This document shows positions 10,331 to 23,185 of a stretch of DNA of 64,000 nucleotides, piece by piece; positions within the stretch are counted from its first letter, which is position 1, and each line of letters starts with the position of its first letter. Both the position numbers and the translations under genes were made by a program. This DNA is from Convolutriloba macropyga. Its lineage: Eukaryota. The notes under the pieces are model-generated. The model was not told where the DNA came from. It was given only the letters and a program-made list of their open reading frames with translations, and searched no databases. The stretch is from assembly GCF_964194025.1 (NCBI RefSeq), contig NC_134477.1, forward strand, positions 35,898,001 to 35,962,000, read 5' to 3'.

Positions 10331-13300
10331 ATGAGTGATGGAGAGAAGAGAGTTCCATTTCAACTGCAATTTGTGAATGGTAAACCCAAAAGCTTTCAGA
10401 AACGAAGTGGGTCAGTATTTCCGTAAACACGTCATTTGGAATGTTTTCCGTCTGTTAAGCCCCCGCCGTTACCGAGCACGTACCATTACATGGCAAATCA
10501 TGATGTAATTACATAGCTCGTGATATTCCAGGTTGTAAATTGTATTGCCGGGGGGGGGGGGGGGGGGGGGGGGCAGAAACGCAAAATATCTCGTATTTGA
10601 TGCGATTAATCACTGCAAAAAATTTATGTCTTTCATTTAGCTTGAGTTCTTGTTAGAAGAACCACAACCAAATTTGTGCAGACCATTCGCTTGTTAATTG
10701 TTTCGACATCCTTTGTTGATGTATTAAGTGGTAATGCATTGAATGGATTTGAGCCCCCCTCTGGTTCTGAGAAATTTTTGGCTTGAACTTTTTGATTTTC
10801 TAATTGGTTTATGCTTGATCTATATCTTAACTGATTTTTCGACCTTTGCTTACCTGAACCTAACTACGAGCGCTATTTTGTTTTCTATGTATTTCATTCT
10901 GATTTTTGTGATGCATAACTTAAAGTTTTTCGAAGCGAGAGCGCTTCGGTCTTTTTTTCAATTCCCCTCAAATGAAGTTTGAAGCGATTCTTTTCTTTGT
11001 GTCATTTTAAATCAAAATGTTTGCTTGACTCTCTATTCTAGAATGTTAATTCGCTCACTTGAGCAGTTTGACTATCCGCGAAAAGAAACTGGCGCAGTCG
11101 AGAGCATTAAGTGTTTGTAGCTCCCTTCGAGCGTGCGAAGGTTCTAATTGTACGGTTCGCCGAAGCTGCTCAGGAAGTAAAACGTAATGGCTTGATCGGC
11201 AATATTAGATAGGTTTATTACCTCACCCCTTTTACTCTGTGTGACTGGTCTCGGTAGGCTCAAGATCGGTTCAAGCCATCCATCGTGGTTGCTGTTTAGT
11301 TGCTCAAAAACGAAGTTTATAGCAATTACAATAGTTCTGCTGGTCTTATACACTAGTTCGGCTGGTCTTCTTTATTAGTTGTGCTGGTCTGGTTTTTCTC
11401 ACTACCGACTTTCCGTCTGATAGTTTTTTTATTGAAAATTTGACTTTTCGTCCGCAAAAATTGCTTCTTAGTACGCAATTCACAAAACTGTTGATCAAAT
11501 ATAAATCCAAGGCGCGAAGGGCGGTTGTTAAGAGATTGGCCCCCAAAATTATACCGAATGTTTTAAACAGTGATCTGGTGGTAGTAGAAGAAACATTTTT
11601 AAGTTATAAATTGGGTTATTGAGCTGGGTGACTGTCAGAAGTTCTAATTTTACTGGATAAAATTCTTGATCAATCAGAAAGTTAAAAATTTTTACGACCT
11701 CCGTGCTTCAAGAAAAATTTATCTCAACTGGTTTTGCATGAAGGAAGTATGAGTTTTCCTGTAATTGATTTCGTAGTGTTTAAATTACATTCTTTCTTCG
11801 AAATATAATTATAAAATTGTGAGAGGGTTATAATTTTCGGATACGTCTCAAAGAGAATTTTTCCATCAATGTTTGCTCTCCCAATTTTAGAAGAAAATCA
11901 GCCGAAATATTCTTGTTGCGTATGTTTTGAAATTCATTTTTAGAATTTTTTTATGGCATGTAGTTTCATCTGTTGGCTAGTTTTCAAAATCCTTGGGCGA
12001 TACTGGCGATATTTAGGAGTAAGCTGTTCTCGTTAGAGGCAGAGCTATGCAAAACCGTGCCTGAGTTACCCTTAACATATGAATTCTGCAATACGGCAGT
12101 GCAGTTCGAATCAGCTCTCAAAATTCTCAATGTCCCCTTTTTCATTGATGAGAACCTTCTTTACACGGCTCTGAAATCTGCAAAGGATTTCATCACAACG
12201 GGAAGCAAACTGGACAGAGACTTGAATCTGGCGGAAACTAAGTTCTCATACGCCAACCATTGTTTCAAGATTTTTGCAGACACCAGTGACATGACTAGAA
12301 GAACGAAGTTCGTGGTGTTTCAACACGAGGTGGGCGCAACTGAATGCTTGAGGTTTCTAAAAAGTGTTGGAAATTCATGTACGAACCATTTAACGTTTAA
12401 TGAAAGGGAACTTGAAGGCGTCAACTTTTATTGTAATCAATATATGGAACAGTTCCCAACAGATCCCGCGAGTTTGAACCGAGAGGTCTCAAATTGGTTG
12501 CAGAAGTTCGCACAGGAGGAAGAAGAGGAGAAGTTAGGCAAGAAGGACGAGGTAATAGAATTGTTCTGAGGTTTATGAATATGTACTTATAGTGTTGACT
12601 GTATTATGATGCCTCCATGTCATAAATTTTTGTCAAGGTTCCACTTAGTCGACGGTAATGGTGAAAAATTGTCATAATAAAGAATTTTTCGTTTCAAGGG
12701 GTCTTGGCTATGACTTCTTTGCAGTAATTTCGTGTCTCTTTTTGGCCGAAATCTATTTTTTTGTTAACATTTTTTGAGCTGCAAATGTTTTTTACATCTG
12801 CAGCGTTTTCAGAGAGCAATCAATACGGAAGTTTTTTCTCCAGGTGAATAGAATGCGGGAGGGTGTGAACAAGCCAGTTGGAGATGGAGAAAAGGATGAT
12901 GACGGCGATGGGTGGACTGTTGTGAGTCGGCATGGCAAGCGCAAGATCAAACAAGGTGGCCTTGCATTCACACAGGAAAACCAAATCAAAGCTCTGAAAA
13001 TGGTAATCATGTCTCATTTTAGTTTTCCTTCTTTTGTTGATAAATTTGATCTCATTTGGGGTTTTTTTTACCGCTCCATGGATCAGAGAATAAAGCGAAT
13101 CCATCTAAAAGAGCTGAATAAGTTTATCGGGTCAAACCTCTTGAAACCGATGATATAATATATACAAGGAACTGCGTTTCTTTAACTATCTTTCATTTCT
13201 AGATAGTATTTATTGAGGCACAAAACTTCGGACATTTTTCTTTGCTTAAAATAATATTGTTTATCTTTATACTATGAGACTAATTAATAGCCGCACAGCA

Positions 13301-16061
13301 ATAGCTGGGTCCATTATTGGCCTTCTCTTGGTTTTTTTACAATTCAAGAATTTGAATTGTATTGGGGCGCTTTTTTTTAAGATCTGTTCACACATTTTCA
13401 TGAGTTTTGAAGTCAAATTTGAGTAGTGATTTGGGTCACGCCGAAACAGGAAGTGGAGCGAAAAAGCGAGTGGTTTTGCGACGTGAATTTTTTTGGCGCT
13501 AATTTAAAAGTAGAGAGATAACGGAGATTGAACAAAAATTCGCTTTCTCGTTTGTGGTTTTTCGTTCACATGCGGCAATTTCACAATGATTTTTACTGTT
13601 TTTTTTTTCGATTTTTTTTGGATCGTATTTTTTTTCTAAGTGGTTTCCCAATCCATTCATAGTTCATTCTAGGTCCATTTTTGTTTAGTCAATGAAAATT
13701 CTGTGAATTGTACGTAGGACTTTTCCTGCTATGTTTTTTATGTCGTCATCGCGATTTTTGTTAAGACCATATGACGTCACAACCACTTTAAATCTGCTTT
13801 TTGTTCCATTCGTTCATGCAATTTCAACTGAAGTGCGTGCGTGACGTCATTTTTCGCTCTTAGTGGAGCGAGTTTTTTTTGTTCATTTGCGTGATAAAAT
13901 TTTTGGTCCCACTTGACTTACCTCATTCACAAAAAGACTTCCTCACTTTGAAATTGACTTTTATTTTACTTTAATTAAGGTCAAATGGTTGTGTGTCACT
14001 CTAAATGGAGGTTATTAGAGAGCAGCTAATAGAGGCAGCAAAAACTTATACAGATTTTTAATCAAAATATAACATATCAGCCTTCAATGAAAAGACTAAT
14101 TTTTTTGGTCTGTCATTTTTACTGTTTTCTGAGACTTCAGATCTTCAAAGCTATTGCGGCTATTTTCTGGCAATCTGCCTTCAGCTATGTTAATATTTTT
14201 TCGCGCTGCCACCCCGTCATTTTTGCTTGAATTTTCATCACTTTTGCTTAAAAAAATATGTTAGGGTACTGGTTTTCTATTCAAAGATAGTGGAAGGTGG
14301 CTGAACTATTTGATCCGCCTTCTTGGCTAAAATTTGGGAAAGCGTTTGGAAGTACAGACCTAAAAACTGCTGACCCAATCTTCATTCACTCATGGGGGGC
14401 TAATAAACGAAGTTGGTAGCCGTTATATTAGTCCTGTGACATTTTATGTTTCAATTGACTTTTCGTCCTTAAAAACGGGATAAACGGTAGAGCTCGCAGG
14501 GCATTAAGTGCCCGAGCAGCTCTACTAGAGCCTTACGCCTTACAAGTCTTAAAATATACCATATGCCCAGCTGAATAATAATGCCCAGCTGAAAACCACC
14601 AAAGCCAACCATTGGCCTGGCTTTTGAAAGTTTTTCATCCGACGTTAGTCGGTTATATTTTCCTTCTGCTTCCCATGAAAGTGTTCGTATATTAAAAATT
14701 ATCTGGCCTTTCGCTATTTTAAATCGACTTTTATTCAAAATGCATCATTTTATTTTCATCTATTAAGATTTTACTTAGCCAAATTCTTATATGCGAATAA
14801 CTACGTGTTTTTTTAAGATGCGCAGTGATAGTAAGACCAGTTTTTGGACTCATCGTAGATTTTTACAATCGAAATGAGTTCAGATTGTATTGGGGCGCTG
14901 TCTTCTTTAAAAATTGTTTTGCTCCTCGTTTTGTTTTTGCAATTATAGACAAGTCTCCTTTGATATGGAGGTTCATTTTTGCCTTTATTGGTAGTTCGTT
15001 TTTTTTTATTACATAGTCTCAATCAAAGGTCCAATTGAAATCTAAAAAGGTATTAAGGAAACTATTCAATGCTTTCAGTTGATAAGTAATGGCTCTTGTT
15101 ACTTTGAATGTTCGTTTATTATTTTTTCAATCTTATTTAAATCAACTTTTAGTTTTGTGTCAACCTTAACAGGTTCTATACTTGAATTAATCAACAATTA
15201 TTTTGTTCAGTGGTTTTATGGTTTTGATACACATGCCATAGTCTCGCTAAGGACAGGTCCTGTTGGCTTTCTAAATAATTTTTATAACCTATATGATATC
15301 TTAGTTGAAAGCTGATGGTTGTTATGGCTTTTAAAGTTTTTTGGTTTCAAAAACTTAATGAATTTTCGGAATTTGCCTCTTTTTTTTCTTTTCTGTAGAC
15401 TTTTTAACATAGTGCAATGGAAGACAGGTAGCATCTACTTTGCGGTGAAGTACAAGTTGGTGTGTTAATTTGAAGTATTATCTGATGCTTATTGAATTTT
15501 GTTGGTGTTTTTTTCAATAGATATTGAGTTTTGCCCGTAATTAATGTTTTCTTGATTGGTTTGCCAAAAATGGTTTTATAGCATTGTTTTTAACTCAGAA
15601 GCCAATTGTTTTCAAAGTATGTGATTTTTTGAAAGTTTCCTATTACGTGAAAATGTGGAGGAGCGGGGTCAGAATTTAATGTGCAAATGCAGTTTACCGA
15701 ACCTCCTTGTTGTTGTTGTTTTGATAGTCTCATAGATTTTTATGTGAATCGTAATGGCTTGTGGCACCTCCAATTAGTATGTAAAGACATTAATATGTTA
15801 ACACTAAAAATTAGGATGTTTCTAATGTAAAGTGAAAAAGCTCAAGTTAGAACATCATAAAATTAAGCTGTTGCTCATTGTTCTGTGTTGCAGAGGGAGC
15901 GAAGAAGTAATGAAAAACAAGTCCTAAACTTCTACGCACATCATCTTCAGACTAAAAAGCAAAAAGCAGAGAAAGAATTGCGAGAGAGGTTCGAGCGAGA
16001 TAAACTCATCGTTGCCAGAATGAAATCTTCCAACCGCAAATTCAACCCTGGTCCAAAGTAG
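10331..16061 (+). CDS. RRP7A: Ribosomal RNA-processing protein 7 homolog A; 4 coding exons, about 313 aa
   Basis: Exons 10331-10410, 12017-12551, 12844-13002, 15894-16061 are GT-AG and phase-compatible; the exon 1/2 junction is provisional. Motifs ILNVPFF, FVVFQ, DPASLNREV, DGDGWTVVSR and LNFYAHH...LRERFERDK...MKSSNRKFNP match the RRP7 RRM and C-terminal domain. Confidence 0.88.
13286..14191 (+). mobile_element. Non-autonomous Helentron/DINE-1-like element (HINE family A) in RRP7A intron 3
   Basis: 5' subTIR AATAGCCGCA, 3' subTIR TGCGGCTATT (14155-14164), then a GGCA-ATC-TGCC hairpin and CTATGTT; body homologous to 22103-23185. Confidence 0.75.
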
Positions 16062-17844
16062 CCAAGGCCACTCATGTTGGCAATGATTGCGCCCAGACTA
16101 AATGAGGATGCAAACACTCCTGCTGAGGAATCCAGGGGTAAGATGTATCTGTTCGAGAGGAAAGCATTCGAATACATTATGGTTCAATGAAACGTAATAG
16201 AACTGACATTACCTTATTTGCTGAACATTGCATTTACAGAAGTGTGAACTGAAGCAGGAAGAATATTATCACACGGTTGTTATCGCCATCGAGAAGTTAT
16301 CCAACTCTGATGTGAATCCTAGTTGTTTAATAACTTCGAGAAGGCAATAACAATCGTGTGGCAATGTTTTTAAATCATCTCTCGTTGCGATTACAGTGGT
16401 TGCATAACTTGTGCCACACTGCAGTTGATTAGACTATCCCCTGCCTCTTTATATAGCGAGCGACAGTTGTGGAAAAAGATAATCTAATACCAAAAGCAGA
16501 ATTTTGCCTTTTTCAGATGTTTTTAGTATTCATCGGGCGCTAACAGGTTATTTCATCGGTTATGTAAACCATTTTTTTTTGCAAGAATCTTGCAAGATAC
16601 GCGTCTGGTCTCGACTAGGGATGTTACTGTTGTTATTGCAACGAGAATTGATTAATAGTCTATTGGAGTGTTTGTGATATTGATAGTTTGACGAATTCAA
16701 TTTTTGATTCTAAAAAAGAGTGAAGTTATAAACATTTGTATGTGACAAAAAAGGTTGGGTAAATGATCGGGCTAAAAGCCCATTGTTGTTTGGCATATTC
16801 GTGGAGATCTTTATCAGTAGTTGAGACTTGACTTTTTTTCGCAGCTTTTTTATATCGTAGTTTGCAGTCAGTATAGAGATATGTGGAGGTTTTATGTTCC
16901 CAGAATTATCCCAGAATTATTTTTTGCATTCCATGTGCATTCAATATTTGAGGAGGGTTGGCAGGGTCTACTTGTTACATAACAGCCATTCAATCGGATG
17001 ATACTTGAATGGTCTGTTATCTGTGTAAGATCTCAATTCTCAGCTTGCCAATACGAAACAAAATTAATGTCAGTACACAGATGAATACCTCAACTTATGA
17101 AAATACTCCAAAAGTCTAGATAAGTTTGCCTTTTTTGACTGAAATTAGACAGTCGAGCTTCCAGGAATGGTATTTTTTGTTTTGTGTGAAATTTTTTCCA
17201 TGGGAGCTTTGGGTCGAGCATGACGTCATTTATGGTATTATTGAGCATAAAATACAACAGATGGTTTTGCCATTAGGTCAGATTAATTGAACAGAACTAA
17301 TGGAATAGAAATTCGAAATACCAGTTAGGAGGTTACGTTGGCAACGCTATTTGCGCGTTGAGAAAAATTTGAAGGCGGTTTCATTTATTGCTTTTTGTAA
17401 CTCACGAATTCGCACTCAAATATATTTCCGAAGTTGACCCCACTTAGCACATCATGAACTCATCTTAACCCTCTTCTGCTATAGATGAGTTATATGACGA
17501 CTTGTCAAAATCCTTCATCAGCCCACTGCTGTAACCAGCAGACCGTGGACTTAGAGGACCAGTGAGTTATAACTAAAAACTTAACGCTCCACTTCGATTT
17601 AATATCCGCCACTTTACCACCTATATCCACACAGACCGCTTTATTAACTGAGATCAGACGCTCAATATAATCATAAACTAGACAGAACTTCCAGGTAGTT
17701 GCGATAGACGGCTCTATCTGTTAATTTTTATTTAGTAATTTTCACAGTCAATAGACATTCTGAACTGGTAAGTTCAGGGACAATTGATAGACTCAACCGA
17801 TCTGATTTCTGATTATTGACTCATTTTTCATTTTTTATTGCCAG

Positions 17845-17897
17845 TGCGATTGAAGAAGGCGATTTCATAGAAGGTAATCTCAAAGTCACGCAACTAA
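17845..17897 (+). other. Candidate orphan exon (AIEEGDFIEGNLKVTQL)
   Basis: T-rich tract plus CCAG acceptor, GTAAGT donor and one clean frame; host gene not identified. Confidence 0.25.
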
Positions 17898-19879
17898 GTA
17901 AGTTTCAGTAAGTCAATCCCTTACACTTTTCGACTACTTCCGAAATGAGGCAACAACAGTACTTATTTTTATAAAAACAACTTTCTTGTAAATTGGTTTT
18001 TTTCCGCGAACTTATAAAGTAATATCTTAAACGTCGATCGATGATCATAGCCTTTTTTCGTCACCTCGTACTGACCATTCTTTTTCTTTACTATCAAGGG
18101 TCTAGTCCAGATCTATCTAAAATATTTACTGTTTCAGTACAATATCAATCGACATACTACCTGAAAATAGCCCTGCCATTTTGCCTGCAAAATCCCACTT
18201 TAAAATTTTGGAATAAACAAGATTTGGTAACGTGTCAGCACGAAGCTTTGATTTTCATTAAGCTCAACCAGGGTGCATCGACGGTTTGAAACTCTTAAAA
18301 CAACCGAGAGGCATTGGAAAACATTAAAAAAATTGCATGTTTAGATGTCATCGGAAATAGAAATTTCGACCCATTTTTAGACAAAGGCACCACTTTTCCT
18401 AATTTTGCACTTTCAGAAACTGGTTGTTAATTTTTGAAAGTGAAAAATTGAAACTCTAGGTCGTGAAATGAATGAAGTGGCCCATCCTTCTTTTTCCGGA
18501 TGCGAATTAATATCCAAATTTGCGTTCTTGACTGACACATGAATTTGGGAAAATTTTGAGAGTACCACGTAACGTACTAAGACATGACATTTTTTAAATT
18601 TTACAGCCGCTTTTTGAACACTAGTTTATGCAAGTGAACCAAGTCTAGCAAACTAATAAATCAGAACATACTCCATTCTGAAGTTTTTTTAATGTGAAGT
18701 GAGCAGATTTTTATTGAAAAATCAGAATTAACCCAACACATTCGACTATTTTGAAACAGTTACCGAAAACTCACAATCGTAAAATTGAAATGGTCGAAAT
18801 CACACGAAATGAAAAATGACAGTAACCACTCTGTGAATCAACGGATCTCATTTCAACAGAAAATATTTAACAAGAGAGTTGGTAATTTGTATTGGAAATT
18901 AAAATCATTCTTGCACCTTTGAAAACATCACAGAGCACAAAAATTATATTCTCTTTAGTTTTAGTTTTTCGATAAAGACTCGTTGGTAATCAAACAACCA
19001 CTGCGATCAAATCAAGTTTAAAAATGTTTGTGTTATGGTGAATAGTCTGCCATAAAGTGCAAAACTTGTGGTTAGGTCTCGATTGCCACAAGATTTTTAA
19101 AAAAAATCGCAATTGCAACCAGGTTTCGTGTGCAGAGCACATGTATTTTCAACAGAGACCACTACTGTTCAAATTTGAGAGTTTTAAATTTCAGCTACTG
19201 TTTTTTCACAAAAATTATTTCAGGGAACAAACTTGATTCAGACAAAACTTGTTTAAAAAAAGACAGCAATCAGAAGGTTATAAAACAATTTATTCAAAGA
19301 CTGCTCACAAAACAACAGTTAACTACTGTTAGACAAAAACTGCGGGCCCTTATATTAAATTGCATGAAACACTCTTTGAGCAGCTAGCTTATTAAAGAAA
19401 CACAAAGCTCTTGTACCTCTTAACCAACAATCGCTTTTCAATAGTAAAACAAAAAGACAAGAGAAGACTTGTAGGAAAATGTTGTCAAGCCTTCAAATAT
19501 CACTTCCTTTTTCTATGTGTTTCTGCATAAATCTTTAGTGGTTATTGTCTGTTTGATTGCATTTCATATTTGAAAAACTTCAAAAGGAAACGACGGTAAT
19601 TAACTGCCCTCAAACGGAGTTTGTAGTAATTATGTTATGCCTCTTCGTTTTTTAATGCGGTTTTTCGTCTGTTGTATTTGATTTTGCGTCTGACGTATTT
19701 GACTATTTGAGTTTTCGTCCTCAAAAACGGGATAAACAGGTATCGCCCAGTGGGCACTATGTAATATTAGCGCCTTTCACCTCACTAGTCTCCAAGTATG
19801 CAATTCACAGAAACTGTTTTGGAGACCTATACTTATTGTGCAAAGGGCGGTGCTCGGAGGATCTTATAGGTAGCAGCTT

Positions 19880-21360
19880 CCCAGAATGTTACACATTTTC
19901 AACACTTGTGAAAATTTCAAATTCAACGTATTCAGCACCTTTCGTAAATAGTTTTAACACTTCTCTTGCAATACTTCTGCAGCTTCTCAGCACCTTTCTG
20001 ACATAATTTCATCACATGTGAAAATTTCAAAATCAGCGGATTCAACGCCTTTTCATGTAGTTTCAACGTTACTCTTGCAAAACTTTGGTAGCTTCTCAGC
20101 GCCTCTCTAACATAACTTCAGCAATTGCCAAAATTTCAAAACCAGCGGATTAAGCGCCTTTCCTACATAATTTCAGCATTTGTGTATTAGTAAAAATCAG
20201 CGGAGTCAGCGCCTTTCTTACTTTATTTCAAAACTTCTCTTTCAAAACTTCAGCAGCTTCTCATCATCTCTCTAACATAACTTCAGCACTTGCCAAAAAT
20301 TCAGAACCAGCGGATTCAGCGCCTTTCTTAAATAATTTGATCACTTCTCTTGTAAAACTTCAGCAACTTCTCAGCGCCTTTCTTACATAGTTTTAGCACT
20401 TGCGAGAATGTCAAAATCAGCGGGTTGTCTTACATAATTTCTACACTTGCCAAAATTACAAAATCAGACGATTCAGCGACTTTCCTGCATAAGTTCGACA
20501 CTTCTCTTGCAAAACTTCAGCAGCTTTTTGGTACCTTTCTTACATAATGTCACCACTTGTGAATAATTCAAGACTAGCGGATTCACCACCTTTCTTACAT
20601 AAGTTCAGCACATGTTATAATTTTAATTTCAGTGGATTCAGCGCCTTTCTTATACATTCAACACCTCTCTTGCAAAACTTAAGCAGCTTCTCAGCATCTT
20701 TCTTACATAATTTCAGCAATTGTGAAAGTATCAAAAATAGCGGGTTCACCACTTTTTTTTAACTTAGTTTCAGCACTTGTGAGAATTCCAAAATCAGGGA
20801 TTGAAAGCTTTTCTTTCAAAAATCTAACACTTCTCTTGCTAAACTTCCGGCATTTCTCAGCATACTCTCAATACGTACCAGGTTGAGGTGAGCGTTAATG
20901 ATCAGATCCATCGAGACCATAGTCAGCCATGATCAGACTTTAGCTCGTTAATGATCAATCAGACTTTAGCTCGTTTTCAAAGTGTTTGCTCGTTTTAAAA
21001 TGTGCAAGAAACGTGCTGATAAGGTCAGAATTTATGTAATTAAAGTTCAGAATGGTGTGGAAAATGTGCAAGAAACGTGCTGATAAAAGTGGACCTTTTG
21101 TAAAAAAAATAAGTGCTGAATTATGTACAAATTATGTAAGAAAAGCGCGGAAATTATGTACAAAAAGTGCTGAATCTTTTTTACAAATATGCTGAGAAGT
21201 GTGGTAATTATGTAAGAAATGCTCTGAAAGTCGATGAAAAAATTGTGCTGAAAAGTGCTGAATGTATGAATGAAAAATGCTGAACATTCAGCAGATTAAG
21301 CGGATTATTATGTAAGATTTATCAGCTGAGAAATATTTTCTTTTCAGCGATTGTCAGCAA
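19880..21360. repeat. Degenerate foldback/minisatellite element with opposed subterminal repeats
   Basis: Many TTCAGCAC / CTTACATAAT motifs at 19.9-20.85 kb, with their reverse complements (GTGCTGAA, ATTATGTAAG) at 21.0-21.35 kb. Confidence 0.55.
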
Positions 21361-22102
21361 ATTTATTACAAAAATTTTGACGACGAAATCCTCGTTTTCA
21401 AAGTGTTTGCTCGTTTTAAAATGTGCAAGAAACGTGCTGATAAGATCAGAATTTATGTAATTAAAGTTCAGAATGGTGTGGAAAATGGAGCGAAATCCTC
21501 AGGAAATGGAGCGAAAAAGCGGATGGTTTTGTGGCGTGAAATTGTTTCACTCTAATTTTAAAGTAGAGTGAGAAAACGGTGTTTGAACAAAAATTTGCTT
21601 CCTCGCTAGTAGTTTTTTGTTCACACGCGGCAATTTCATTTTGATTTTTTTTTGTTTTTTCAATTTTTGGGATCTGATTTTTTGTTAAGGGTTTCCCAAT
21701 CCATTCATAGTTAATTCTAGGCCTAACTACTCGGGAGTAAGTTACTTTTTTAATTTTTGAGAAATAGTTTTTATATTTAGTTTCTTGAATTATTTTCTTT
21801 TAACCATTGTATCAAGAAAACACGATTGTTAACAAACTCTAATACCAGGCGGGTGTTTTCAGACAGCCACTGAAGTCTGGAAACAAGTACTTATGTTAAG
21901 CCTTGTTCTGAAGCAATACTGGTATTAGTCTTGCAATAAAACCCGCCCGTAATTGCACTGACTTGGCAGTAACTCAGGTATTCGATCAGTTCAATAGAAT
22001 AACCAAAAGAATTCACCACCATACAATCCGGTTTTGTTGTGATCTTGTTTGAAATCTCATTACAAAATATCGAATATTTCGAAGCCCCAAGATGCTTATA
22101 TT

Positions 22103-23185
22103 AACAGCCGCGAAGCGATAGCGGCTTTTATTGGGGAAATCGTGTTTTTTACAAGTCAAAGAATTTGAATTGTATTGGGGCGCTCTATTTTTGAGATCTG
22201 TTCACTCAATTTCATGATTTTTTGAAGTCAAATTGGAGTACTGTTTTTGGCCACGCTGAAACAGGAAATGGAGCGAAAAAGCGGATGGTTTTGTGGCGTG
22301 AAATTGTTTCACTCTAATTTTAAAGTAGAGTGAGAAAACGGTGTTTGAACAAAAATTTGCTTCCTCGCTAGTAGTTTTTTGTTCACACGCGGCAATTTCA
22401 TTTTGATTTTTTTTTGTTTTTTCAATTTTTGGGATCTGATTTTTTGTTAAGGGTTTCCCAATCCATTCATAGTTAATTCTAGGCCTAACTTTGTTAGAAT
22501 CAAAGTTACGTTTCTCGCTAGCTGTTTGTTGTTGTTGCTAGCGGCATTTTGACATTTATTTTCTATTTTTTTTTGTTTTTATCTGATTTTTTAGAAAAGG
22601 TTTTCTGAATTCACTTGTAGTCTGTTCTAGGTCTAGTCTTTTGTTTAGTCAATGAAAATTCTTTGAATTGTACGTCTACGTCAGGACTTGACCTATGTTT
22701 TTTAATTCGTCGTCTCCATCGATGATTCTTACGACCTGACTTCTTGGAATTGACTTTTTCAATGATTTCAGTGACTCCTACTAATTTGCAGTTTAAAATT
22801 GTGTGAAAGACGTCATATCTGCTTTTAGGTCAATTGCGTGACTTACCTCAATTAAAAAATTGACTTCTGAACTCACTTATGGAACTTTAAACTTTATGAA
22901 CATTTACTAGTTAAAGATCAATAGCATCTAAGTAGCGCCAAACTTATAAGCCCTACTTCTTTAGTAAATCTCGAATATCAATTTTGATAAAAATTTTTTG
23001 GGGCTTTTTCTTTTTAGACCGTATGTGTCATAAAATTGACAGTCCGAGTCTAACCCAAAAAGTCTAGTTGTCTATTAAAGGACTGGTGGTTGATCTGTCT
23101 ATCTTACTTTTTTAGTTGTTTCATTTCATGGAAGGCCAGAAGCGTCTATCGCGGCTGTTTTCCGGCAATCTGCCGGCTATGTTTG
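22103..23185 (+). mobile_element. Non-autonomous Helentron/DINE-1-like element (HINE family A)
   Basis: 5' subTIR AACAGCCGCGA (22103-22113) with an adjacent short IR AGCGGCT; perfect 3' subTIR TCGCGGCTGTT (23149-23159); stem-loop CCGGCA-ATC-TGCCGG (23162-23176); T-rich flanks and no TSD. Confidence 0.8.

Noticed and set aside
11085-11165. Possible tRNA (TGGCGCAGTCG A-box-like)
   Set aside because: No proper B-box or cloverleaf.
11973-12569. Stand-alone 198-aa gene
   Set aside because: It is RRP7A exon 2 extended into flanking intron sequence.
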